Assembly (NCBI GenBank): GCA_013389025.1
Contig: JACAED010000049.1
Location: 14,490 to 78,489, forward strand
Direction of reading: 5' to 3'
Length of the DNA stretch: 64,000 nucleotides
Origin: Hydrogenophilaceae bacterium
Lineage (GTDB): Bacteria; Pseudomonadota; Gammaproteobacteria; Burkholderiales; Thiobacillaceae
The position numbers were made by a program, and so were the translations under genes. This document shows, in pieces, positions 50,345-60,502 of this stretch. How positions within the stretch are numbered: the stretch's first letter is position 1; each line of letters starts with the position of its first letter. The notes under the pieces were generated by a model that was not told the origin of the DNA, did no database searches, and was given only the letters and a program-made list of their open reading frames with translations.

Positions 50345-52588
50345 ATGCGCTTTCGTTTTCCGGTAGTCATCATTGACGAAGATTTTCGTTCCGAAAATGC
50401 CTCGGGATTGGGCGTGCGCGCGCTGGCAAAGGCGATCGAGGACGAAGGGTTCGAGGTGCTGGGGGTGACCAGTTTCGGCGATGTGTCATCGTTCGCCCAG
50501 CAGCAAAGCCGTGCTTCGGCATTCATCCTGTCCATTGATGACGAGGAGTTTTCTTCCCCGGAACTGGCCGAGGAAGCCGTGGCGCGACTGCGCGGGTTCG
50601 TCGAGGAAATCCGCTTTCGCAATGCCGACATTCCGGTGTTCCTGCATGGTGAAACGCGAACGTCTCGCCATATTCCAAACGATGTGTTGAAGGAGTTGCA
50701 TGGTTTCATCCACATGTTCGAGGACACGCCGGAATTCATCGCGCGCTACGTCGTGCGCGAGGCACGCGCCTACCTCGATTCGTTGCCGCCACCCTTTTTC
50801 CGGGCATTGACTCACTATGCCGCCGACAGCTCCTACTCCTGTCATTGCCCGGGCCATTCGGGTGGGGTGGCGTTTCTGAAATCGCCGGTTGGGCAGATGT
50901 TTCACCAGTTCTTCGGCGAGAACATGCTGCGCGCGGATGTGTGCAATGCCGTCGATGAACTGGGGCAGTTGCTGGATCACACCGGGCCGGTGGCGGCATC
51001 CGAGCGCAATGCGGCGCGCATTTTCAACTGTGACCATTTGTTTTTCGTCACCAATGGCACGTCGACGTCGAACAAAATGGTGTGGCATTCGACCGTGGCG
51101 CCGGATGACATCGTGGTGGTGGATCGCAATTGCCACAAATCCATTCTGCACGCCATTACCATGACAGGCGCAATCCCGGTGTTTCTGACGCCAACGCGTA
51201 ACCATTACGGCATCATCGGGCCGATTCCGAAAGAGGAATTCCGCTGGGAAAACATCAACAAGAAAATTGCCGCGCATCCCTTTGCCAGCAAAACCAAGGG
51301 CAAGCCGCGCATCCTCACCATCACGCAGAGCACCTACGACGGCATTCTCTACAACGTGGATGCCATCAAGGAAATGCTGGACGGAAAAATTGACACGCTG
51401 CATTTTGACGAAGCCTGGCTGCCACATGCCACCTTCCACGATTACTATCGCGGCATGCACGCCATTGGCCGCGACCGGGAGCGCTGCAAGGAATCCATGG
51501 TGTTCTCGACGCAATCCACGCACAAGCTTCTGGCCGGCCTGTCGCAGGCTTCGCAAATCCTCATTCAGGATTCGCAGACCCGCAAGCTGGATCGCGACGT
51601 GTTCAACGAAGCCTATTTGATGCACACATCGACGAGTCCGCAGTACGCCATCATTGCCTCGTGCGATGTGGCGGCCGCGATGATGGAACCGCCGGGCGGT
51701 ACCGCACTGGTGGAGGAATCCATTGCCGAGGCACTGGATTTCCGCCGCGCCATGCGCAAGGTCGATGAGGAATTCGGTGATTCATGGTGGTTCAAGGTCT
51801 GGGGGCCGGATGATCTCGCCGATGAAGGCATTGGCGAGCGAGGTGACTGGGTCATCCGTGACAGCGAGCGCTGGCATGGCTTCGGCAACCTGGCCGAAGG
51901 CTTCAACATGCTGGACCCCATCAAGGCCACGGTCATCACTCCCGGACTGGATGTGGAAGGCGATTTTGCCGATTCCGGCATCCCGGCCGCCATTGTGACC
52001 AAATACCTGGCCGAGCACGGCATCATCGTGGAAAAAACCGGCCTGTATTCATTCTTCATCATGTTCACGATTGGCATCACGAAGGGCCGCTGGAACACCA
52101 TGGTCACCGAGCTTCAGCAATTCAAGGACGACTACGACAAGAACCAGCCGCTGTGGCGGGTGTTGCCGGAATTCGTTGCCAAATATCCTCGCTATGAGCG
52201 GATCGGCTTGAAGGACCTGTGCGAGCAGATTCATGGCATCTACAAGGCCCACGACATCGCCCGCCTGACCACGGAAATGTACCTGTCGGACATGGAACCG
52301 GCCATGAAGCCATCAGACGCTTTTGCCAGGATGGCTCATCGTGAAATCGATCGGGTCGTGATCGATGAACTTGAGGGACGCGTCACAAGCGTATTGCTGA
52401 CACCCTATCCACCGGGAATTCCACTGCTGATTCCGGGCGAGCGATTCAACAAGACCATCGTGCGCTATTTACGGTTTGCCAGAGAGTTCAACGATCAATT
52501 CCCGGGCTTTGAAACGGATATCCACGGATTGGTCAAGGAACAGGTCAATGGCCAGGTACGTTATTATGTGGATTGTGTAACTCAATGA
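50345..52588 (+). CDS. Lysine/arginine/ornithine decarboxylase (wing-domain type)
   Basis: HCPGHSGG, DRNCHKS, HFDEAW, QSTHKLL PLP lysine and PYPPGIP. Confidence 0.93.
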   Translation: MRFRFPVVIIDEDFRSENASGLGVRALAKAIEDEGFEVLGVTSFGDVSSFAQQQSRASAFILSIDDEEFSSPELAEEAVARLRGFVEEIRFRNADIPVFLHGETRTSRHIPNDVLKELHGFIHMFEDTPEFIARYVVREARAYLDSLPPPFFRALTHYAADSSYSCHCPGHSGGVAFLKSPVGQMFHQFFGENMLRADVCNAVDELGQLLDHTGPVAASERNAARIFNCDHLFFVTNGTSTSNKMVWHSTVAPDDIVVVDRNCHKSILHAITMTGAIPVFLTPTRNHYGIIGPIPKEEFRWENINKKIAAHPFASKTKGKPRILTITQSTYDGILYNVDAIKEMLDGKIDTLHFDEAWLPHATFHDYYRGMHAIGRDRERCKESMVFSTQSTHKLLAGLSQASQILIQDSQTRKLDRDVFNEAYLMHTSTSPQYAIIASCDVAAAMMEPPGGTALVEESIAEALDFRRAMRKVDEEFGDSWWFKVWGPDDLADEGIGERGDWVIRDSERWHGFGNLAEGFNMLDPIKATVITPGLDVEGDFADSGIPAAIVTKYLAEHGIIVEKTGLYSFFIMFTIGITKGRWNTMVTELQQFKDDYDKNQPLWRVLPEFVAKYPRYERIGLKDLCEQIHGIYKAHDIARLTTEMYLSDMEPAMKPSDAFARMAHREIDRVVIDELEGRVTSVLLTPYPPGIPLLIPGERFNKTIVRYLRFAREFNDQFPGFETDIHGLVKEQVNGQVRYYVDCVTQ

Positions 52589-52769
52589 TTTTGCAGGAAA
52601 TATTTCAGATTCTGATCGGCTGGGCATTCGACCCGGGCACAACAGGCAGTAATTAGACTTAATCTAGGCGACGAATGGCCGATATGGTGATGAATGGACC
52701 CATTTTCAGCCATGTACGAATTTGAACCAACCTTAATCAAACGTGAATTGACAACGCTTTGGCGAGTCA

Positions 52770-55700
52770 GTGGCGAGGTCTGATTTGAGCATGGTCGAGC
52801 CATCGTTTGTCCCAACATTCTCGCTCCAGGAACGGGATACTCTCATTGCCTCAAGCCTGGGATGGCTGGAATTGCCGATCAGACAAATGTTTGCAAGTCT
52901 GGTGGGTGGGAGAATCAAGGAAACCCGTACAGAGTCAAGCCCGCGTGATCTTGGGGTTTTGTTCAATGCAAATCCGGTCATCGCCGAGGAACCCCCTGTC
53001 GAGCAAGTCAGCAAGGAAACGAATGAACTTGCAGAAAAGGCGCCTTCGTTTCTGATGGAGGCGCTTAAACGCAAGGTCATGGCCTACTTGCTGGGTGAGG
53101 AGGGTCAATTCCGCCTGACCCTGATCGACCAGGATGATTACGATCTTCTGGTAGCCGAGCTTGGGCAATACAAATCAGAAACAGATGCGCATGATACGGT
53201 TCTCGGGTTCCTGGAGGCGCATCTTGGGCATTTGTATGGACGCAAACTGACGCGTGAGAGCAATCCATACAATCTGCACAACCTGGCTTTTTTCATCCTC
53301 GAAGGACTGAGCGATCTGGAAATCTCGCGTGGCATCCGCCGCGGCCTGTTGAGGGATTTTCTCGAACAGGTCGTGCCGGACATGCAATCCAACCTGTGGG
53401 GGCTGGCGAATCGCCTCGAGCCCCTGGCAAAGCAAACCCGTCTCGATTCAGCAACCAAACCGGTTTCGTCGCATTCACCCGGGACACATTACCGTGGTGA
53501 AGTTCAGGAAAGCCACCGTTCCGGCTATCAAGGCGGACAGCCAGGCCACATGGCCAGCGGGTATGCCGGGAATGTCATTTCAATCAACCAGGCGGCTGCG
53601 GAAAAGATCGAGAAGTCACCGCAACGATTGCTCGAGCAGTTGTTGGGAGCGCTTGAATCCTTTGACCGATATACGTCGAGTGCATCGACAAACAGCACAA
53701 CCTCGCCCCATGTTCTTGCAAGATGGGCAAGTGCGGCGCCTGTCCAGACCGAGGATGTGATGCTGCAGGGTGTGCGCGCGGCAGGTCTGATCCAGCAACT
53801 ACCGGGTGCGGATCCCTCGCAGGTGGGTGTGCTGAGTGCGCTTTCACCTGTCATCATGAAGACCGTTGCGGAAAACCCGGAATTGCTTGCAAACCCTGTA
53901 CATCCCTTGCGCACATTGCTGAATCGTGCATCGGAAATTGTTGCAGCGGGAATGGCACCAAGGGAAACAGAGCAACTCCGACAGTGGGCCGAATCCGCTG
54001 GAAGAGGCCTGTTGCAGAACCCGGGGGATACACAACGCTGGTTGTCCGAACTCGACAAGCTGGGAGCGGGTGCGCTTATCAGACGCCAGGACAGGGTACT
54101 GGAATTGCAACTGGAGATGGAAGGCTGGCACCGCATGCTGCGGGCGAGGGAACGTTCCAATGAGACCTTGAATCGCCAGCTGGGAGGAAAACATCTGCCC
54201 AGACAGGCTGCGGCCTTCTGTGACGGTCCCTGGCGACATGTACTGGCCATGATAGCCTTGCGTCACAATCCCGGTACCCAGGTTTGGCAAGATGCGCAAA
54301 GTGTGGTCAGCGATTTAATTCAGTTGCCACTGCCGGAAGACCGGATGAAACAGTTGCGGCAGGTCGTGACGAGAGAAATGCACAATTTCTTCAGTACGCC
54401 AGAAACTGAAATTCATGAGCCTGCCTGGCTGGAAGAGCTGTCTCATGCCTTGCTGCCTCAAACCAGCATGTCCTGGGCTGATCAGGCAGTCTCTTCCGCC
54501 ATAAGCAGCACCCAGACCTCCGAGTCGGTTGGGCTGAAGCTTGGCTCGTGGGTCAGGTTTGCCGACAAGACGGACTGGCCTTATCCGCTTCAACTTGTAT
54601 GGACCAGCCTTCCCTATGGCTGGTTTGGTTTTGTCGATGCGGCGGGCCAACGCAGTTTCAGGATGGAAAAATCCGAACTGGTTGGACATCTGAGGCGTGA
54701 GCGGGTCGAGCGTTTTGGGCAGAGTGCATTTGACAAATTGCCAGCCCTGATGGATCTCAATATCGAATCCTGGACCTATGAGGATCAGCTTTTATCCACT
54801 TTAAGAGACCATGATACGGGCTTTCTCAACCGTCGAGGTTTGATTCAGTCGCTCGGTACCAGCTCAATGATGTCAGGGGAAAATCGCTGGCAGGCAACGG
54901 TTATCGACTTTCCTAATCTTGCCGGCCGCTTTGCACAGGGAATGCAGGCGGGGGATGAGGCGTTGAGAGAGGTGGCCCGGAAACTCAGGGGGCTTAGCCG
55001 ACCGGACTTGATGATCGCGCGTATTGCCGATGCACGTTTTGTGCTGGCTTCTCCGGAGCCGGGAGAAGGCTTCGCACGTGAAGTGCTGGAGCAGGTAACC
55101 AGTTCCTGGGACAAATCCGGTGACATGAGATTTTCAATCGGCTGCTGTCCGGATGCGCCGCCCGGTGAAGACATGCTCCGTTTTGCCGAACAGGCCTGTA
55201 TTGCCGCCTGGGAGGAGGGATCTCTGCAGGTTCGCGTCAGTTCATTCCTGTTGGCGCAGAGCGAGGACTGGATGCGGGCGGTGACACGTGTCATGGCGGA
55301 AAATCGGCTGGTTCCCTTTGCCCAGACCATGCGGCCGCTGCGCGAAGGCTTGCCTGGCCATGCCGAAGTGCTGCTCAGGTTGAAGGCGTATGATGGCAAC
55401 TTCGTGTCACCCGCTGTTTTTCTGCGTGAGGCGGAAAGACAAAAGCTCATTGTTCAGGTCGACCACTGGGTGTTGAAGGAAGTATGCAACTGGCTCGCAC
55501 AAAACGAGCTGCCAGAAGGAATCAAGTCCCTTTCGGTGAATCTGTCGGGACAGTCCTTGTCCGACTCCGATTCCCTGCAGGAAATCAGCAACATACTGGA
55601 TAACAGCGGCGTAAATCCGGAAAAGCTGATTTTCGAAGTCACAGAAACCATGGCCGTCATGGACCCTGCCCAAACACGCCAGTTTCTTAGCCAGATCCGC

Positions 55701-56054
55701 GAACGTGGATGCCGTACCGCTCTGGATGATTTTGGAACCGGTTATGCCAACTATAGCTACCTTCGCCAGATGCCTTTTGATTACCTCAAAATCGACGGCA
55801 GCTTCATACGCGAACTTCTGAATAACGAGTCAGATCGGGCCCTGGTCAAATCCATGTGCGATGTGGCGCGCGGGCTTGGCATATCCAGCATTGCCGAGTT
55901 TGTTCATGATGAGGCGATGTTTGACCTGCTGGCCGAGCTGGGTGTGGACTATGCTCAGGGCTACGCAGTCGGTGAACCCCGCCTGCTTTCCAGTCTGTAC
56001 GGGCAATCTGAATTGACAACTGGCATGCAAAAGCTTGCCTTGTCAAGCTCTTGA
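52770..56054 (+). CDS. Large EAL-domain protein with a degenerate GGDEF domain and a DUF1631-like N-terminus (start uncertain)
   Basis: AEVLLRL, SVNLSGQS, FEVTET, LDDFGTGY, LKIDGSF and DYAQGY; the GGDEF position reads ADARF. Confidence 0.85.
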   Translation: MARSDLSMVEPSFVPTFSLQERDTLIASSLGWLELPIRQMFASLVGGRIKETRTESSPRDLGVLFNANPVIAEEPPVEQVSKETNELAEKAPSFLMEALKRKVMAYLLGEEGQFRLTLIDQDDYDLLVAELGQYKSETDAHDTVLGFLEAHLGHLYGRKLTRESNPYNLHNLAFFILEGLSDLEISRGIRRGLLRDFLEQVVPDMQSNLWGLANRLEPLAKQTRLDSATKPVSSHSPGTHYRGEVQESHRSGYQGGQPGHMASGYAGNVISINQAAAEKIEKSPQRLLEQLLGALESFDRYTSSASTNSTTSPHVLARWASAAPVQTEDVMLQGVRAAGLIQQLPGADPSQVGVLSALSPVIMKTVAENPELLANPVHPLRTLLNRASEIVAAGMAPRETEQLRQWAESAGRGLLQNPGDTQRWLSELDKLGAGALIRRQDRVLELQLEMEGWHRMLRARERSNETLNRQLGGKHLPRQAAAFCDGPWRHVLAMIALRHNPGTQVWQDAQSVVSDLIQLPLPEDRMKQLRQVVTREMHNFFSTPETEIHEPAWLEELSHALLPQTSMSWADQAVSSAISSTQTSESVGLKLGSWVRFADKTDWPYPLQLVWTSLPYGWFGFVDAAGQRSFRMEKSELVGHLRRERVERFGQSAFDKLPALMDLNIESWTYEDQLLSTLRDHDTGFLNRRGLIQSLGTSSMMSGENRWQATVIDFPNLAGRFAQGMQAGDEALREVARKLRGLSRPDLMIARIADARFVLASPEPGEGFAREVLEQVTSSWDKSGDMRFSIGCCPDAPPGEDMLRFAEQACIAAWEEGSLQVRVSSFLLAQSEDWMRAVTRVMAENRLVPFAQTMRPLREGLPGHAEVLLRLKAYDGNFVSPAVFLREAERQKLIVQVDHWVLKEVCNWLAQNELPEGIKSLSVNLSGQSLSDSDSLQEISNILDNSGVNPEKLIFEVTETMAVMDPAQTRQFLSQIRERGCRTALDDFGTGYANYSYLRQMPFDYLKIDGSFIRELLNNESDRALVKSMCDVARGLGISSIAEFVHDEAMFDLLAELGVDYAQGYAVGEPRLLSSLYGQSELTTGMQKLALSSS

Positions 56055-56063
56055 TAATATAAT
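56035..56063 (+). promoter_or_regulatory. Sigma70 promoter of the rpsF operon
   Basis: TTGCCT-N17-TATAAT. Confidence 0.75.
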
Positions 56064-56070
56064 CCCCGCT

Positions 56071-56140
56071 TTTCCTTGCCCTACCGTGGGAATCACAACT
56101 GGATTCCGCGCGCAACGGGGGGCTTTATCCATAAGGAGGT
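56071..56140 (+). promoter_or_regulatory. S6:S18 ribosomal protein leader
   Basis: TCCTTGCC...GGC...CCATAAGGAG; a stem sequesters the Shine-Dalgarno sequence next to a CCR motif, as in known rpsF leaders. Confidence 0.7.
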
Positions 56141-56143
56141 TCA

Positions 56144-56527
56144 ATGCGCCATTACGAAATCGTCTTTATCGTACACCCAGATCAAAGCGAGCAGGTTCCT
56201 GCCATGATCGAGCGGTATCGCACCAATATTACTTCCCGTTCCGGCAACATTCATCGCCTGGAAGACTGGGGACGCCGCCAGCTGGCTTATCCGATTGCGA
56301 AGATGCACAAGGCCCATTATGTGCTGATGAACATCGAATGTGACCAGGAAACCCTTGCCGAGCTTGAACATGGATTCAAGTTCAACGATGCCGTTCTGCG
56401 TCATCTGATCATAGGCAAGGATGAGGCAGTGACGACTCCGTCACCGATGATGAAGGAAGAAAAGGCGCGCTCCATGCTGGATGGTGATGCCAAGGCAAGG
56501 CCCGAGGCAGAAACCGTAGCCGAGTGA
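56144..56527 (+). CDS. rpsF: 30S ribosomal protein S6
   Basis: [18 protein letters not shown]...[12 protein letters not shown]. Confidence 0.98.
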   Translation: MRHYEIVFIVHPDQSEQVPAMIERYRTNITSRSGNIHRLEDWGRRQLAYPIAKMHKAHYVLMNIECDQETLAELEHGFKFNDAVLRHLIIGKDEAVTTPSPMMKEEKARSMLDGDAKARPEAETVAE

Positions 56528-56542
56528 TCAGGATTGATCTGA

Positions 56543-56836
56543 TTGCGAGGCGGATCAGATAACAAGCTGATTCTGGCTGGAGAAATCGTCAGTCTGGATC
56601 CAGTCCGATACAGCCCCGCAGGCATTCCCATCGCCAAGGCAATACTCAGGCATGAATCCCGGCAGTCTGGCCAGATCATGCAATGCGAACTGATGATTGC
56701 AGCTCAGGGTGAAAATGCCGAAATGCTCGAGAAGTTCAAGCCGGGCGCGCGAATCAGGGTTGCAGGTCCGATCACTCGAGCCAGCCAGAACAACCGAAAT
56801 TTATTGATGTGGATTGAACATTTAACCGAGGAGTAA
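56543..56836 (+). CDS. priB: Primosomal replication protein N
   Basis: NKLILAG...RYSPAGIP...L.HES.Q; lies between rpsF and rpsR. Confidence 0.85.
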   Translation: MRGGSDNKLILAGEIVSLDPVRYSPAGIPIAKAILRHESRQSGQIMQCELMIAAQGENAEMLEKFKPGARIRVAGPITRASQNNRNLLMWIEHLTEE

Positions 56837-56841
56837 GCAAG

Positions 56842-57117
56842 ATGCCCCGTCCTACCGGAAAGAACATGAAAAACACCCGCCGCGATAGCGGCAATCGCGC
56901 GCTGTTCAAGCGCCGCAAATTTTGCCGTTTTACCGCTGAAGGCGCGAAGGAAGTGGATTACAAGGATGTCGAGGTGTTGAAGGAATTCATTACCGAAAAC
57001 GGCAAGATCATTCCTGCCCGAATCACCGGTACCAAAACCCACTTCCAGCGCCAGCTTTCGGCTGCCATCAAGCGTGCCCGTTTTCTGGCCCTGTTGCCCT
57101 ACACTGATCTGCATTGA
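56842..57117 (+). CDS. rpsR: 30S ribosomal protein S18
   Basis: RRKFCRF...DYKD...[11 protein letters not shown]...[13 protein letters not shown]. Confidence 0.98.
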   Translation: MPRPTGKNMKNTRRDSGNRALFKRRKFCRFTAEGAKEVDYKDVEVLKEFITENGKIIPARITGTKTHFQRQLSAAIKRARFLALLPYTDLH

Positions 57118-57127
57118 GGAGCCCGCC

Positions 57128-57577
57128 ATGCAAGTGATACTGATGGAAAAAGTCGTCAACCTCGGCAACCTGGGCGATGTGGTCAAGGTAAAGGACGGTT
57201 ATGCTCGCAATTTCCTGATTCCCGGGGGGCATGCCAAACGTGCGACGGAAGCGAACATCGCCGAATTTGAAGCGCGTCGTGTCGAACTGGAGAAGGAGCA
57301 AGCCGCGCGACTGGCCGCTGCGCAGGCGCGTGCGGAGAAGCTTGAAGGCCTGATGATCCAGATTACCCAGAAAGCGGGTGTCGATGGCAGACTCTTCGGT
57401 TCGGTGGGCAATGCCGATATTGCCGAAGCCCTGAAAGCGCAAGGCCATGATGTGGCGAAGTCAGAAGTACGCCTGCCCGAAGGTCCGTTCAAGATGATTG
57501 GTGATTATTCGGTGGTGCTTTCCCTGCATACGGATGTACTGGCGAACATTACTGTATCGGTGCTGGGCGAACACTGA
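57128..57577 (+). CDS. rplI: 50S ribosomal protein L9
   Basis: [29 protein letters not shown] and GRLFGSV. Confidence 0.98.
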   Translation: MQVILMEKVVNLGNLGDVVKVKDGYARNFLIPGGHAKRATEANIAEFEARRVELEKEQAARLAAAQARAEKLEGLMIQITQKAGVDGRLFGSVGNADIAEALKAQGHDVAKSEVRLPEGPFKMIGDYSVVLSLHTDVLANITVSVLGEH

Positions 57578-57596
57578 TCCGGTTTCAAATCCGTAG

Positions 57597-57623
57597 AAAG
57601 AGGCCGCCTTTGCGCGGCCTTTT
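57597..57623 (+). terminator. Probable intrinsic terminator after rplI
   Basis: AGGCCGC-CTTTGC-GCGGCCT followed by TTT. Confidence 0.65.
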
Positions 57624-57711
57624 GCATTTACATATTCTTGCACCGCATTTGCACGTCTTATTCACATACTTATCCCTGTGAATGAGAATTTCACCGGAGT
57701 AGAATCCCTTC

Positions 57712-59115
57712 ATGGCTGCAGTTCATCCCTTCAGCAATTCTGCAAGCGCTGCGGAAAATACGCTAGCCGCACTGAAGCTGCCCCCGCATTCTCTGGAGGC
57801 GGAACAGGCCGTGCTGGGTGGTTTGCTGCTGGAAAATGGCGCGTGGGACCGCATCGCCGACTTGGTCAGCGCCTCGGATTTCTACCGTCAGGATCACCGG
57901 CAAATCCTCAAGGCCATTACCCGCCTGATTGGGGACAGCAAACCCGCGGATGTGGTAACAACGGCGGAAATGCTGCAATCCCTGGGCGAACTGGAATCCG
58001 TCGGTGGCCTGCCCTATATTGTTTCACTGGCCAGTAATACACCCTGCGCGGCCAACATCCGGCGCTATGCCGAAATCGTTCGCGAGCGGGCCGTCTTGCG
58101 CCAGCTGGTGGAAACGGCTACTGCCATTGCTGATTCGGCCTATGCGCCATCCGGGCGCAGCGCAGGACAATTGCTGGACGAAGCGGAAGCCAAGATTTTT
58201 GAAATCGCTGAATCCGGCAGCCGCGGCAACCAGGGCTTCCAGGAAATCCAGCCACTGCTGCGACAGGCGGTGGAGCGTATTGATGAACTTTATCATCGCG
58301 ACAATCCCAGCGATGTGACCGGTATTCCGACCGGGTATACAGACCTTGACCGCATGACCTCCGGCCTGCAGCCTGGCGATCTGATCATCGTTGCCGGCAG
58401 ACCTTCAATGGGCAAGACTGCATTTTCGCTCAATATCGCCGAGCATGTGGCACTGGATGCAGGATTGCCCGTGGCGGTTTTTTCCATGGAAATGGGCGCG
58501 CAACAACTGGTGATGCGGATGATCGGGTCGGTCGGCCGTCTCGATCAGCACAAACTCCGTATCGGCCAGCTCAAGGACGACGACTGGCAGCGTCTGACCT
58601 ACGCGCTTGGCAAGCTCAATGATGCACCGTTCTATATCGACGAAACGCCGGCCCTGAATGCGCTGGAAGTTCGCGCCCGTGCACGGCGACTGATGCGGCA
58701 ATGCGGCGGCAAGATGGGGCTGATCGTGATCGATTATCTCCAACTCATGTCATCCACGAGCCAGGGGGAAAACCGTGCAACTGAAATATCGGAGATTTCG
58801 CGTTCGTTGAAGGCACTGGCCAAGGAACTCAATTGCCCGGTGGTCGCGCTGTCCCAGCTCAACCGTTCGCTGGAACAACGCCCCAACAAGCGGCCGGTCA
58901 TGTCCGACCTGCGCGAATCCGGCGCCATCGAACAGGATGCGGATGTCATATTTTTCATTTACCGGGACGAGGTCTACAACCCCGACAGCCAGGACAAGGG
59001 CAAGGCCGAGATCATCATCGGCAAGCAGCGCAATGGCCCCATTGGCATGGTGCCATTGGCCTTTCTCGGCGAACATACCCGTTTCGAGAATCTGGCAATG
59101 CCCGGAAGTTATTGA
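57712..59115 (+). CDS. dnaB: Replicative DNA helicase
   Basis: PPHSLEAEQAVLGG, AGRPSMGKT, IDYLQLM, SDLRESGAIEQDAD and KQRNGP. Confidence 0.98.
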   Translation: MAAVHPFSNSASAAENTLAALKLPPHSLEAEQAVLGGLLLENGAWDRIADLVSASDFYRQDHRQILKAITRLIGDSKPADVVTTAEMLQSLGELESVGGLPYIVSLASNTPCAANIRRYAEIVRERAVLRQLVETATAIADSAYAPSGRSAGQLLDEAEAKIFEIAESGSRGNQGFQEIQPLLRQAVERIDELYHRDNPSDVTGIPTGYTDLDRMTSGLQPGDLIIVAGRPSMGKTAFSLNIAEHVALDAGLPVAVFSMEMGAQQLVMRMIGSVGRLDQHKLRIGQLKDDDWQRLTYALGKLNDAPFYIDETPALNALEVRARARRLMRQCGGKMGLIVIDYLQLMSSTSQGENRATEISEISRSLKALAKELNCPVVALSQLNRSLEQRPNKRPVMSDLRESGAIEQDADVIFFIYRDEVYNPDSQDKGKAEIIIGKQRNGPIGMVPLAFLGEHTRFENLAMPGSY

Positions 59116-60173
59116 TGCGCCCGCTGGTTGCGCATATCTCGCTTGACGCGCTGGCGCACAATCTGCGCGTGGCACGCAAACATGCAGGGCAATCCAAAAT
59201 CTTTTCTGTCGTCAAGGCCAATGCGTATGGCCACGGGCTGACACGCGCCGTTCGAGCGCTTGGGCATACTGATGGTTTTGCCGTACTGACTGTCGAGGAG
59301 GCGGCCAACTTGCGACAGATGGGGGTGGAGAAACCTGTTCTGCTGCTTGAAGGGCCTTTTCAGCCTGGCGAGATGTCCTCCATCTCGGAACTTGATTTGA
59401 TGGCGGTGGTGCATGGCGACCATCAGCTTGAATGGCTGCACTTGGCAACCCAGCCTCTTCATGTGTTTCTCAAGTTCAATAGCGGCATGAACCGGCTGGG
59501 TTTTCCCATGGCGCGGTTCGAGGAAGTGCTGGAGCATGTCAGGGCGATGCGAAACGTTGCGAGGATTACGCTCATGACGCATTTTGCAACGGCGGATGAA
59601 GCATTGGGCATCGACTGGCAGTGGACACGTTTTCTCGATAAGGCATTGACGTCCGGCCTCCCGATCAGTGCAGCCAATTCCGCCGCATGCCTGAACCATC
59701 CGGAAACCAGAAAGGACTGGGTCAGGCTGGGCATCATGCTCTATGGCGCTTCGCCATTTAGTGACGTGACCGCCGCCGAGCTCGATTTGAGGCCGGTCTT
59801 GACACTGCAATCGGAAATCATTGCCGTGCAGCAACTCAAGGCAGGTGAAGGGGCAGGCTATGGTCTGACCTTCATGGCCGAAGAACCGGCCAGGCTGGGC
59901 ATCGTCGCATGTGGCTACGCCGATGGTTATCCGCGTCACGCGCCAAGCGGCACGCCAGTGCTGGTCAATGGGAGGCGCACGCGAACCCTGGGTCGTGTGT
60001 CCATGGACATGCTGGCGGTTGACCTCTCGCGGCTGCCTGGCGCTGACATCGGCAGTTCTGTCACGCTTTGGGGAGAAGGTTTGCCGGTCGAAGAGGTGGC
60101 CCGTGCCGCGGGCACCATCAGTTACGAGTTATTGTGTGCGCTGGCACCCAGGGTGCCAATTGTCGAGATTTGA
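59115..60173 (+). CDS. alr: Alanine racemase
   Basis: VVKANAYGHG, SGMNRLG, GYADGYPR, GRVSMDM and TISYELLC. Confidence 0.95.
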   Translation: MRPLVAHISLDALAHNLRVARKHAGQSKIFSVVKANAYGHGLTRAVRALGHTDGFAVLTVEEAANLRQMGVEKPVLLLEGPFQPGEMSSISELDLMAVVHGDHQLEWLHLATQPLHVFLKFNSGMNRLGFPMARFEEVLEHVRAMRNVARITLMTHFATADEALGIDWQWTRFLDKALTSGLPISAANSAACLNHPETRKDWVRLGIMLYGASPFSDVTAAELDLRPVLTLQSEIIAVQQLKAGEGAGYGLTFMAEEPARLGIVACGYADGYPRHAPSGTPVLVNGRRTRTLGRVSMDMLAVDLSRLPGADIGSSVTLWGEGLPVEEVARAAGTISYELLCALAPRVPIVEI

Positions 60174-60196
60174 AATACCGGGCTGGGTGCCAGCCC

Positions 60197-60502
60197 TTAG
60201 CCGACAGCGCAAGCGCTATTTCGCTGTATTTCGCCAGTAAAACATTCCACTTTGCGTGGTGTTTCCAGAAACATGTCCAGATCGAATTCGTCCACCCCCT
60301 GCTGGAGCAGGCGTTCGAATCGCACCGGATCCTGCACCTGTTCGTAGATTTCCATCCACAGGAACGGATCGTCACGTTTCTTGAGCAGCTGTCCCGGGAC
60401 ACCGCTGCGGCATGCCAGCCGGACCTGCATGGATCGCACGGCCTGTTCGGCATCGGCTTCGTTGTTCTCGCTGACCCGGTAGTAGATGTAATAATGGTTC
60501 AA
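60197..60502 (-). CDS. DUF4936-like small protein
   Basis: YIYYRV...WMEIYE...R.VECF; downstream of ygfZ. Confidence 0.75.
   Translation of the reverse strand: MNHYYIYYRVSENNEADAEQAVRSMQVRLACRSGVPGQLLKKRDDPFLWMEIYEQVQDPVRFERLLQQGVDEFDLDMFLETPRKVECFTGEIQRNSACAVG

Noticed and set aside
56543-56836. priB as a pseudogene (divergent sequence, TTG start)
   Set aside because: The frame is intact, the length is normal and the RYSPAGIP motif is retained.
57658-57700. Replication origin
   Set aside because: Only one good DnaA box, and no box cluster or AT-rich unwinding element.
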